Assembly (NCBI GenBank): GCA_043228905.1
Contig: JBHGNT010000038.1
Location: forward strand, 124,001-188,000
DNA from: Azolla caroliniana
Taxonomy: Eukaryota > Plantae > Polypodiophyta
Length of the DNA: 64,000 nt
Reading direction: 5' to 3'
Positions 1 through 13,300 of this stretch are shown piece by piece. The number at the start of each line of letters is the position of its first letter. Position 1 is the first letter of the stretch. The translations under genes were made by a program, and so were the position numbers. The notes below the pieces were generated by a model. That model saw only the letters and a program-made list of their open reading frames with translations, did no database searches and was not told the DNA's origin.

Positions 1-3000
1 TTTGAAACTCAGGTCAAGAGACATGACGAAATTACTAAATTTGAGGAGGGAGTTGAGAGGGGCCCTTGAGTAAATTCAAATGGTCATACCTAGCTCGTGT
101 GATATCGGATTTTTGTGTTCAAACATGCGAATCGAAGCTAACAACGCTAGCTACGACATGGAATAAAAAAAAACAAGATTTTGAAACTCAGGTCAAGAGA
201 CATGACGAAATTAGCAAATTTGAGGAGTGAGTTGAGAGGAGCCCTTGAGTAAATTAAAATGTTCATACATAGCGAGTGTGATATCGGATTTTTGTGTACA
301 AACATGCGAATCGAAGCTAACAACGCTAGCTATGATATGGAATTAAAAAATCAAGATTTTGAAACTCAGGTCGAGAGACATGACGAAATTACCAAATTTG
401 AGGAGGGAGTTGAGAGGGGCCCTTGAGTAAATTAATATGTTCATACCTAGCTCGTGTGATATCGGATTTTTGTGTTCAAACATGCGAATCGAAGCTAACA
501 ACGCTAGCTATGATATGGAATTAAAAAATCAATATTTTGAAACTCAGGTCGAGAGACATGACGAAATTAGCAAATTTGAGGAGTGAGTTGAGATGAGCCC
601 TTGAGTAAATTAAAATGTTCATACATAGCGAGTGTGATATCGGATTTTTGTGTACAAACATGCGAATCGAAGCTAACAACGCTAGCTATGATATGGAATT
701 AAAAAATCAAGATTTTGAAACTCAGGTCGAGAGACATGACGAAATTACCAAATTTGAGGAGGGGGTTGAGAGGGGCCCTTGAGTAAATTAAAATGTTCAT
801 ACCTAGCTCGTGTGATATCGGATTTTTGTGTTCAAACATGCGAATCGAAGCTAACAACGCTAGCTATGATATGGAATAAAAAAAACAAGATTTTGAAACT
901 CAGGTCGAGAGACATGACGAAATTACCAAATTTGAGGAGTGAGTTGAGAGGAGCCCTTGAGTAAATTAAAATGGTCATACCTAGCGAGTGTGATATCGGA
1001 TTTTTGTGTTCAAACATGCGAATCGAAGCTAACAACGCTAGGTATGATTTAGAATTAAAAAATCAAGATTTTGAAACTCAGGTCGAGAGACATGACGAAA
1101 TTACCAAATTTGAGGAGTGAGTTAAGAAGAGCTATTAGGTAAATTATAATGTTCATACCTGGCTCGTGTGATATCGGATTTTTGTGTTCAAACATGCGAA
1201 TCGAAGCTAATAACGCTAGCTATGATATGGAATTAAAAAATCAATATTTTGAAACTCAGGTCGAGAGACATGACGAAATTAGCAAATTTGAGGAGTGAGT
1301 TGAGATGAGCCCTTGAGTAAATTAAAATGTTCATACATAGCGAGTGTGATATCGGATTTTTGTGTACAAACATGCGAATCGAAGCTAACAACGCTAGCTA
1401 TGATATGGAATTAAAAAATCAAGATTTTGAAACTCAGGTCGAGAGACATGACGAAATTACCAAATTTGAGGAGTGAGTTGAGAGGAGCCCTTGAGTAAAT
1501 TATAATGTTCATACCTGGTTCGTGTGATATCGGATTTTTGTGTTCAAACATGCGAATCGAAGCTAATAACGCTAGCTATGATATGGAATTAAAAAATCAA
1601 GATTTTGCAACTCAACTCAAGAGACATGACGAAATTACTAAATTTGAGGAGGGAGTTGAGAGGGGCCCTTGAGTAAATTCAAATGGTCATACCTAGCTCG
1701 TGTGATATCGGATTTTTGTGTTCAAACATGCGAATCGAAGCTAACAACGCTAGCTATGATATGGAATAAAAACAAGATTTTCAAACTCAGGTCAAGAGAC
1801 ATGACGAAATTAGCAAATTTGAGGAGTGAGTTGAGAGGAGCCCTTGAGTAAATTAAAATGTTCATACCTGGTTCGTGTGATATCGGATTTTTGTGTACAA
1901 ACATGCGAATCGAAGCTAACAACGCTAGCTATGATATGGAATTACAAAATCAAGATTTTGAAACTCAGGTCGAGAGACATGATGAAATTACCAAATTTGA
2001 GGAGTGACGTTGGAAGAGCGCGTGAGTGAATTAAAATGTTCATACCTGGCTCGTGTGATATCGGATTTTTGTGTTCAAACATGCGAATCGAAGCTAACAA
2101 CGCTAGCTATGATATGGAATAAAAAAAACAAGATTTTGAAACTCAGGTCGAGAGACATGACGAAATTACCAAATTTGAGGAGTGAGTTGAGAGGAGCCCT
2201 TGAGTAAATTAAAATGGTCATACCTAGCGAGTGTGATATCGGATTTTTGTGTACAAACATGCGAATCGAAGCTAACAACGCTAGCTATGATATGGAATTA
2301 AAAAATCAAGATTTTGAAACTCAGGTCGAGAGACATGACGAAATTACCAAATTTGAGGAGGGGGTTGAGAGGGGCCCTTGAGTAAATTAAAATGTTCATA
2401 CCTAGCTCGTGTGATATCGGATTTTTGTGTTCAAACATGCGAATCGAAGCTAACAACGCTAGCTATGATATGGAGTAAAAAAAACAAGATTTTGAAACTC
2501 AGGTCGAGAGACATGACGAAATTACCAAATTTGAGGAGTGAGTTGAGAGGAGCCCTTGAGTAAATTAAAATGGTCATACCTAGCGATTGTGATATCGGAT
2601 TTTTGTGTACAAACATGCGAATCGAAGCTAACAACGCTAGCTATGATATGGAATTAAAAAATCAAGATTTTGAAACTTACGTCGAGAGATATGACGAAAT
2701 TAGCAAATTTGAGGAGTGAGTTGAGAGGAGCCCTTGAGTAAATTAAAATGGTCATACCTAGCGAGTGTGATATCGGATTTTTGTGTTCAAACATGCGAAT
2801 CTAAGCTAACAACGCTAGCTATGATATGGAATTAAAAAATCAAGATTTTGAAACTCAGGTCGAGAGACATGACGAAATTACCAAATTTGAGGAGCGAGTT
2901 AAGAAGAGCTATTAGGTACATTACAATGTTCATACCTGGCTCGTGTGATATCGGTTTTTTGTGTTCAAACATGCGAATCGAAGCTAACAATGCTAGCTAT

Positions 3001-3154
3001 GATATGGAATTAAAAAATCAAGATTTTGAAACTCAGGTCGAGAGACATGACGAAATTTCCAAATTTCAGGAGGGAGTTGAGAAGAGCTAGTAGGTAAATT
3101 ATAATGTTCATACCTGGTTCGTGTGATATCGGATTTTTTCGTTCAAACATTCGA

Positions 3155-6100
3155 ATCGAAGCTAACAACGCTAGCTATGATATGGAATTACAAAATCAAG
3201 ATTTTGAAACTCCAGTCGAGAGACATGATGAAATTACCAAATTTGAGGAGTGAGGTTGGAAGAGCGCGTGAGTGAATTAAAATGTTCATACCTGGCTCGT
3301 GTGATATCGGATTTTTGTGTTCAAACATGCAAATCGAAGCTAACAACGCTAGCTATGATATGGAATAAAAAAAACAAGATTTTGAAACTCAGGTCAAGAG
3401 ACATGACGAAATTAGCAAATTTGAGGAGTGAGTTGAGAGGAGCCCTTGAGTAAATTAAAATGTTCATACCTAGCGAGTGTGATATCGGCTTTTGGTGTAC
3501 AAACATGCGAATCGAAGCTAACAACGCTAGCTATGATATGGAATTAAAAAATCAAGACTTTGAAACTTACGTCGAGAGATATGACGAAATTAGCAAATTT
3601 GAGGAGTGAGTTGAGAGGAGCCCTTGAGTAAATTAAAATGGTCATACCTAGCTCGTGTGATATCGGATTTTTGTGTACAAACATGCGAATCGAAGCTAAC
3701 AACGCTAGCTATGATATGGAATTACAAAATGAAGATTTTGAAACTCAGGTCGAGAGACATGACGAAATTACCAAATTTGAGGAGGGAGTTGAGAGGGGCC
3801 CTAGAGTAAATTAAAATGTTCATACCTAGCGAGTGTGATATCGGATTTTTGTGTTCAAACATGCGAATCGAAGCTAACAATGCTAGCTATGATATGGAAT
3901 TAAAAAATCAAGATTTTGAAACTCAGGTCGAGAGACATGACGAAATTTCCAAATTTCAGGAGGGAGTTGAGAAGAGCTAGTAGGTAAATTATAATGTTCA
4001 TACCTGGTTCGTGTGATATCGGATTTTTGTGTTCAAACATGCGAATCGAAGCTAATAACGCTAGCTATGATATGGAATTAAAAAATCAAGATTTTGCATC
4101 TCAAGTCAAGAGACATGACGAAATTACCAAATTTGAGGAGTGAGTTGAGAGGAGCCCTTGAGTAAATTAAAATGGTCATACCTAGCGAGTGTGATATCGG
4201 ATTTTTGTGTACAAACATGAGAATCGAAGCTAACAACGCTAGCTATGATATGGAATTAAAAAATCAAGATTTTGAAACTTACGTCGAGAGATATGACGAA
4301 ATTAGCAAATTTGAGGAGTGAGTTGAGAGGAGCCCTTGAGTAAATTAAAATGGTCATACCTAGCGAGTGTGATATCGGATTTTTGTGTTCAAACATGCGA
4401 ATCTAAGCTAACAACGCTAGCTATGATATGGAATTAAAAAATCAAGATTTTGAAACTCAGGTCGAGAGACATGACGAAATTACCAAATTTGAGGAGCGAG
4501 TTAAGAAGAGCTATTAGGTACATTACAATGTTCATACCTGGCTCGTGTGATATCGGTTTTTTGTGTTCAAACATGCGAATCGAAGCTAACAATGCTAGCT
4601 ATGATATGGAATTAAAAAATCAAGATTTTGAAACTCAGGTCGAGAGACATGAAGAAATTACCAAATTTGAGGAGGGAGTTAAGAAGAGCTATTAGGTAAA
4701 TTACAATGTTCATACCTGGCTCGTGTGATATCGGATTTTTGTGTTCAAACATTGGAATCGAAGCTAACAACGCTAGGTATGATATAGAATTAAAAAATCA
4801 AGATTTTGAAACTCAGGTCGAGAGACATGACGAAATTACCAAATTTGAGGAGTGAGTTTAGAAGAGCTATTAGGTAAATTATAATGTTCATACCTGGCTC
4901 GTGTGATATCGGATTTCTGTGTTCAAACATGCGAATCGAAGCTAATAACGCTAGCTATGATATGGAATTAAAAAATCAATATTTTGAAACTCAGGTCGAG
5001 AGACATGACGAAATTAGCAAATTTGAGGAGTGAGTTGAGATGAGCCCTTGAGTAAATTAAAATGTTCATACATAGCGAGTGTGATATCGGATTTTTGTGT
5101 ACAAACATGCGAATCGAAGCTAACAACGCTAGCTATGATATGGAATTAAAAAATCAAGATTTTGAAACTTACGTCGAGAGATATGACGAAATTAGCAAAT
5201 TTGAGGAGTGAGTTGAGAGGAGCCCTTGAGTAAATTAAAATGGTCATACCTAGCGAGTGTGATATCGGATTTTTGTGTTCAAACATGCGAATCTAAGCTA
5301 ACAACGCTAGCTATGATATGGAATTAAAAAATCAAGATTTTGAAACTCAGGTCGAGAGACATGACGAAATTACCAAATTTGAGGAGCGAGTTAAGAAGAG
5401 CTATTAGGTACATTACAATGTTCATACCTGGCTCGTGTGATATCGGTTTTTTGTGTTCAAACATGCGAATCGAAGCTAACAATGCTAGCTATGATATGGA
5501 ATTAAAAAATCAAGATTTTGAAACTCAGGTCGAGAGACATGACGAAATTTCCAAATTTCAGGAGGGAGTTGAGAAGAGCTAGTAGGTAAATTATAATGTT
5601 CATACCTGGTTCGTGTGATATCGGATTTTTTTGTTCAAACATTCGAATCGAAGCTAACAACGCTAGCTATGATATGGAATTACAAAATCAAGATTTTGAA
5701 ACTCCAGTCGAGAGACATGATGAAATTACCAAATTTGAGGAGTGACGTTGGAAGAGCGCGTGAGTGAATTAAAATGTTCATACCTGGCTCGTGTGATATC
5801 GGATTTTTGTGTTCAAACATGCAAATCGAAGCTAACAACGCTAGCTATGATATGGAATAAAAAAAACAAGATTTTGAAACTCAGGTCAAGAGACATGACG
5901 AAATTAGCAAATTTGAGGAGTGAGTTGAGAGGAGCCCTTGAGTAAATTAAAATGTTCATACCTAGCGAGTGTGATATCGGCTTTTTGTGTACAAACATGC
6001 GAATCGAAGCTAACAACGCTAGCTATGATATGGAATTAAAAAATCAAGACTTTGAAACTCAGGTCAAGAGACATGACGAAATTACTAAATTTGAGGAGGG

Positions 6101-9100
6101 AGTTGAGAGGGGCCCTTGAGTAAATTAAAATGGTCATACCTAGCTCGTGTGATATCGGATTTTTGTGTTCAAACATGCGAATCGAAGCTAACAACGCTAG
6201 CTACGACATGGAATAAAAAAAAACAAGATTTTGAAACTCAGGTCAAGAGACATGACGAAATTAGCAAATTTGAGGAGTGAGTTGAGAGGAGCCCTTGAGT
6301 AAATTAAAATGTTCATACATAGCGAGTGTGATATCGGATTTTTGTGTACAAACATGCGAATCGAAGCTAACAACGCTAGCTATGATATGGAATTAAAAAA
6401 TCAAGATTTTGAAACTCAGGTCGAGAGACATGACGAAATTACCAAATTTGAGGAGGGGGTTGAGAGGGGCCCTTGAGTAAATTAAAATGTTCATACCTAG
6501 CTCGTGTGATATCGGATTTTTGTGTTCAAACATGCGAATCGAAGCTAACAACGCTAGCTATGATATGGAATTAAAAAATCAAGATTTTGAAACTCCAGTC
6601 GAGAGACATGATGAAATTACCAAATTTGAGGAGTGAGGTTGGAAGAGCGCGTGAGTGAATTAAAATGTTCATACCTGGCTCGTGTGATATCGGATTTTTG
6701 TGTTCAAACATGCAAATCGAAGCTAACAACGCTAGCTATGATATGGAATAAAAAAAACAAGATTTTGAAACTCAGGTCAAGAGACATGACGAAATTAGCA
6801 AATTTGAGGAGTGAGTTGAGAGGAGCCCTTGAGTAAATTAAAATGTTCATACCTAGCTCGTGTGATATCGGATTTTTGTGTTCAAACATGCGAATCGAAG
6901 CTAACAACGCTAGCTATGATATGGAATTACAAAATCAAGATTTTGAAACTCCAGTCGAGAGACATGATGAAATTACCAAATTTGAGGAGTGAGGTTGGAA
7001 GAGCGCGTGAGTGAATTAAAATGTTCATACCTGGCTCGTGTGATATCGGATTTTTGTGTTCAAACATGCAAATCGAAGCTAACAACGCTAGCTATGATAT
7101 GGAATAAAAAAAACAAGATTTTGAAACTCAGGTCAAGAGACATGACGAAATTAGCAAATTTGAGGAGTGAGTTGAGAGGAGCCCTTGAGTAAATTAAAAT
7201 GTTCATACCTAGCGAGTGTGATATCGGCTTTTGGTGTACAAACATGCGAATCGAAGCTAACAACGCTAGCTATGATATGGAATTAAAAAATCAAGACTTT
7301 GAAACTTACGTCGAGAGATATGACGAAATTAGCAAATTTGAGGAGTGAGTTGAGAGGAGCCCTTGAGTAAATTAAAATGGTCATACCTAGCGAGTGTGAT
7401 ATCGGATTTTTGTGTACAAACATGCGAATCGAAGCTAACAACGCTAGCTATGATATGGAATTACAAAATGAAGATTTTGAAACTCAGGTCGAGAGACATG
7501 ACGAAATTACCAAATTTGAGGAGGGAGTTGAGAGGGGCCCTAGAGTAAATTAAAATGTTCATACCTAGCGAGTGTGATATCGGATTTTTGTGTTCAAACA
7601 TGCGAATCGAAGCTAACAATGCTAGCTATGATATGGAATTAAAAAATCAAGATTTTGAAACTCAGGTCGAGAGACATGACGAAATTTCCAAATTTCAGGA
7701 GGGAGTTGAGAAGAGCTAGTAGGTAAATTATAATGTTCATACCTGGTTCGTGTGATATCGGATTTTTGTGTTCAAACATGCGAATCGAAGCTAATAACGC
7801 TAGCTATGATATGGAATTAAAAAATCAAGATTTTGCATCTCAAGTCAAGAGACATGACGAAATTACCAAATTTGAGGAGTGAGTTGAGAGGAGCCCTTGA
7901 GTAAATTAAAATGGTCATACCTAGCGAGTGTGATATCGGATTTTTGTGTACAAACATGAGAATCGAAGCTAACAACGCTAGCTATGATATGGAATTAAAA
8001 AATCAAGATTTTGAAACTTACGTCGAGAGATATGACGAAATTAGCAAATTTGAGGAGTGAGTTGAGAGGAGCCCTTGAGTAAATTAAAATGGTCATACCT
8101 AGCGAGTGTGATATCGGATTTTTGTGTTCAAACATGCGAATCTAAGCTAACAACGCTAGCTATGATATGGAATTAAAAAATCAAGATTTTGAAACTCAGG
8201 TCGAGAGACATGACGAAATTACCAAATTTGAGGAGCGAGTTAAGAAGAGCTATTAGGTACATTACAATGTTCATACCTGGCTCGTGTGATATCGGTTTTT
8301 TGTGTTCAAACATGCGAATCGAAGCTAACAATGCTAGCTATGATATGGAATTAAAAAATCAAGATTTTGAAACTCAGGTCGAGAGACATGAAGAAATTAC
8401 CAAATTTGAGGAGGGAGTTAAGAAGAGCTATTAGGTAAATTACAATGTTCATACCTGGCTCGTGTGATATCGGATTTTTGTGTTCAAACATTGGAATCGA
8501 AGCTAACAACGCTAGGTATGATATAGAATTAAAAAATCAAGATTTTGAAACTCAGGTCGAGAGACATGACGAAATTACCAAATTTGAGGAGTGAGTTTAG
8601 AAGAGCTATTAGGTAAATTATAATGTTCATACCTGGCTCGTGTGATATCGGATTTCTGTGTTCAAACATGCGAATCGAAGCTAATAACGCTAGCTATGAT
8701 ATGGAATTAAAAAATCAATATTTTGAAACTCAGGTCGAGAGACATGACGAAATTAGCAAATTTGAGGAGTGAGTTGAGATGAGCCCTTGAGTAAATTAAA
8801 ATGTTCATACATAGCGAGTGTGATATCGGATTTTTGTGTACAAACATGCGAATCGAAGCTAACAACGCTAGCTATGATATGGAATTAAAAAATCAAGATT
8901 TTGAAACTTACGTCGAGAGATATGACGAAATTAGCAAATTTGAGGAGTGAGTTGAGAGGAGCCCTTGAGTAAATTAAAATGGTCATACCTAGCGAGTGTG
9001 ATATCGGATTTTTGTGTTCAAACATGCGAATCTAAGCTAACAACGCTAGCTATGATATGGAATTAAAAAATCAAGATTTTGAAACTCAGGTCGAGAGACA

Positions 9101-10310
9101 TGACGAAATTACCAAATTTGAGGAGCGAGTTAAGAAGAGCTATTAGGTACATTACAATGTTCATACCTGGCTCGTGTGATATCGGTTTTTTGTGTTCAAA
9201 CATGCGAATCGAAGCTAACAATGCTAGCTATGATATGGAATTAAAAAATCAAGATTTTGAAACTCAGGTCGAGAGACATGACGAAATTTCCAAATTTCAG
9301 GAGGGAGTTGAGAAGAGCTAGTAGGTAAATTATAATGTTCATACCTGGTTCGTGTGATATCGGATTTTTTTGTTCAAACATTCGAATCGAAGCTAACAAC
9401 GCTAGCTATGATATGGAATTACAAAATCAAGATTTTGAAACTCCAGTCGAGAGACATGATGAAATTACCAAATTTGAGGAGTGACGTTGGAAGAGCGCGT
9501 GAGTGAATTAAAATGTTCATACCTGGCTCGTGTGATATCGGATTTTTGTGTTCAAACATGCAAATCGAAGCTAACAACGCTAGCTATGATATGGAATAAA
9601 AAAAACAAGATTTTGAAACTCAGGTCAAGAGACATGACGAAATTAGCAAATTTGAGGAGTGAGTTGAGAGGAGCCCTTGAGTAAATTAAAATGTTCATAC
9701 CTAGCGAGTGTGATATCGGCTTTTTGTGTACAAACATGCGAATCGAAGCTAACAACGCTAGCTATGATATGGAATTAAAAAATCAAGACTTTGAAACTCA
9801 GGTCAAGAGACATGACGAAATTACTAAATTTGAGGAGGGAGTTGAGAGGGGCCCTTGAGTAAATTAAAATGGTCATACCTAGCTCGTGTGATATCGGATT
9901 TTTGTGTTCAAACATGCGAATCGAAGCTAACAACGCTAGCTACGACATGGAATAAAAAAAAACAAGATTTTGAAACTCAGGTCAAGAGACATGACGAAAT
10001 TAGCAAATTTGAGGAGTGAGTTGAGAGGAGCCCTTGAGTAAATTAAAATGTTCATACATAGCGAGTGTGATATCGGATTTTTGTGTACAAACATGCGAAT
10101 CGAAGCTAACAACGCTAGCTATGATATGGAATTAAAAAATCAAGATTTTGAAACTCAGGTCGAGAGACATGACGAAATTACCAAATTTGAGGAGGGGGTT
10201 GAGAGGGGCCCTTGAGTAAATTAAAATGTTCATACCTAGCTCGTGTGATATCGGATTTTTGTGTTCAAACATGCGAATCGAAGCTAACAACGCTAGCTAT
10301 GATATGGAAT
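3155..10310 (+). repeat. Block duplication with 21-monomer period (3739 bp); copies ~3155-6570 and ~6894-10310
   Basis: Marker pairs 3250/6989, 3624/7363, 4450/8189, 5340/9079 and 5742/9481 are all 3739 apart. Both copies share the private variants GGCTTTTGGTG, GGCCCTAGAG, TTGCATCTC and GAGTTTAGAAG. Confidence 0.92.
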
Positions 10311-13300
10311 AAAAAAAACAAGATTTTGAAACTCAGGTCGAGAGACATGACGAAATTACCAAATTTGAGGAGTGAGTTGAGAGGAGCCCTTGAGTAAATT
10401 AAAATGGTCATACCTAGCGAGTGTGATATCGGATTTTTGTGTACAAACATGCGAATCGAAGCTAACAACGCTAGCTATGATATGGAATTACAAAATCAAG
10501 ATTTTGAAACTCAGGTCGAGAGACATGACGAAATTACCAAATTTGAGGAGGGAGTTGAGAGGGGCCCTTGAGTAAATTAAAATGTTCATACCTAGCGAGT
10601 GTGATATCGGATTTTTGTGTTCAAACATGCGAATCGAAGCTAACAATGCTAGCTATGATATGGAATTAAAAAATCAAGATTTTGAAACTCAGGTCGAGAG
10701 ACATGACGAAATTTCCAAATTTCAGGAGGGAGTTGAGAAGAGCTAGTAGGTAAATTATAATGTTCATACCTGGTTCGTGTGATATCGGATTTTTGTGTTC
10801 AAACATGCGAATCGAAGCTAATAACGCTAGCTATGATATGGAATTAAAAAATCAAGATTTTGCAACTCAAGTCGAGAGACATGAAGAAATTACCAAATTT
10901 GAGGAGTGAGGTTGGAAGAGCGCGTGAGTGAATTAAAATGTTCATACCTGGCTCGTGTGATATCGGATTTTTGTGTTCAAACATGCGAATCGAAGCTAAC
11001 AACGCTAGCTATCATATGGAATAAAAAAAACAAGATTTTGAAATTCAGGTCAAGAGACATGACGAAATTAGCAAATTTGAGGAGTGAGTTGAGAGGAGCC
11101 CTTGAGTAAATTAAAATGTTCATACCTAGCGAGTGTGATATCGGCTTTTTGTGTACAAACATGCGAATCGAAGCTAACAACGCTAGCTATGATATGGAAT
11201 TAAAAAATCAAGATTTTGAAACTTACGTCGAGAGATATGACGAAATTAGCAAATTTGAGGAGTGAGTTGAGAGGAGCCCTTGAGTAAATTAAAATGGTCA
11301 TACCTAGCGAGTGTGATATCGGATTTTTGTGTACAAACATGCGAATCGAAGCTAACAACGCTAGCTATGATATGGAATTACAAAATGAAGATTTTGAAAC
11401 TCAGGTCGAGAGACATGACGAAATTACCAAATTTGAGGAGGGAGTTGAGAGGGGCCCTTGAGTAAATTAAAATGTTCATACCTAGCGAGTGTGATATCGG
11501 ATTTTTGTGTTCAAACATGCGAATCGAAGCTAACAATGCTAGCTATGATATGGAATTAAAAAATCAAGATTTTGAAACTCAGGTCGAGAGACATGACGAA
11601 ATTTCCAAATTTCAGGAGGGAGTTGAGAAGAGCTAGTAGGTAAATTACAATGTTCATACCTGGCTCGTGTGATATCGGATTTTTGTGTTCAAACATGCGA
11701 ATCGAAGCTAACAACGCTAGCTATGATATGGAATTACAAAATCAAGATTTTGAAACTCCAGTCGAGAGACATGATGAAATTACCAAATTTGAGGAGTGAC
11801 GTTGGAAGAGCGCGTGAGTGAATTAAAATGTTCATACCTGGCTCGTGTGATATCGGATTTTTGTGTTCAAACATGCAAATCGAAGCTAACAACGCTACCT
11901 ATGATATGGAATAAAAAAAACAAGATTTTGAAACTCAGGTCAAGAGACATGACGAAATTAGCAAATTTGAGGAGTGAGTTGAGAGGAGCCCTTGAGTAAA
12001 TTAAAATGTTCATACCTAGCGAGTGTGATATCGGCTTTTTGTGTACAAACATGCGAATCGAAGCTAACAACGCTAGCTATGATATGGAATTAAAAAATCA
12101 AGACTTTGAAACTCAGGTCAAGAGACATGACGAAATTACTAAATTTGAGGAGGGAGTTGAGAGGGGCCCTTGAGTAAATTAAAATGGTCATACCTAGCTC
12201 GTGTGATATCGGATTTTTGTGTTCAAACATGCGAATCGAAGCTAACAACGCTAGCTACGACATTGAATAAAAAAAAACAAGATTTTGAAACTCAGGTCAA
12301 GAGACATGACGAAATTAGCAAATTTGAGGAGTGAGTTGAGAGGAGCCCTTGAGTAAATTAAAATGTTCATACATAGCGAGTGTGATATCGGATTTTTGTG
12401 TACAAACATGCGAATCGAAGCTAACAACGCTAGCTATGATATGGAATTAAAAAATCAAGATTTTGAAACTCAGGTCGAGAGACATGACGAAATTACCAAA
12501 TTTGAGGAGGGGGTTGAGAGGGGCCCTTGAGTAAATTAAAATGTTCATACCTAGCTCGTGTGATATCGGATTTTTGTGTTCAAACATGCGAATCGAAGCT
12601 AACAACGCTAGCTATGATATGGAATAAAAAAATCAAGATTTTGAAACTCAGGTCGAGAGACATGAAGAAATTACCAAATTTGAGGAGGGAGTTAAGAAGA
12701 GCTATTAGGTAAATTACAATGTTCATACCTGGCTCGTGTGATATCGGATTTTTGTGTTCAAACATTGGAATCGAAGCTAACAACGCTAGGTATGATATAG
12801 AATTAAAAAATCAAGATTTTGAAACTCAGGTCGAGAGACATGACGAAATTACCAAATTTGAGGAGTGAGTTAAGAAGAGCTATTAGGTAAATTATAATGT
12901 TCATACCTGGCTCGTGTGATATCGGATTTCTGTGTTCAAACATGCGAATCGAAGCTAATAACGCTAGCTATGATATGGAATTAAAAAATCAATATTTTGA
13001 AACTCAGGTCGAGAGACATGACGAAATTAGCAAATTTGAGGAGTGAGTTGAGATGAGCCCTTGAGTAAATTAAAATGTTCATACATAGCGAGTGTGATAT
13101 CGGATTTTTGTGTACAAACATGCGAATCGAAGCTAACAACGCTAGCTATGATATGGAATTAAAAAATCAAGATTTTGAAACTTACGTCGAGAGATATGAC
13201 GAAATTAGCAAATTTGAGGAGTGAGTTGAGAGGAGCCCTTGAGTAAATTAAAATGGTCATACCTAGCGAGTGTGATATCGGATTTTTGTGTTCAAACATG

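Noticed and set aside
220-262. GAGGAG / AGGAG as Shine-Dalgarno sites upstream of TTG/ATG
   Set aside because: These are part of the purine-rich satellite segment present in every monomer, and no credible gene follows.
750-780. G-rich allele GAGGAGGGGGTTGAGAGGGGCCC as a G-quadruplex
   Set aside because: It has only two runs of three or more G, so it does not meet the canonical four-tract pattern.
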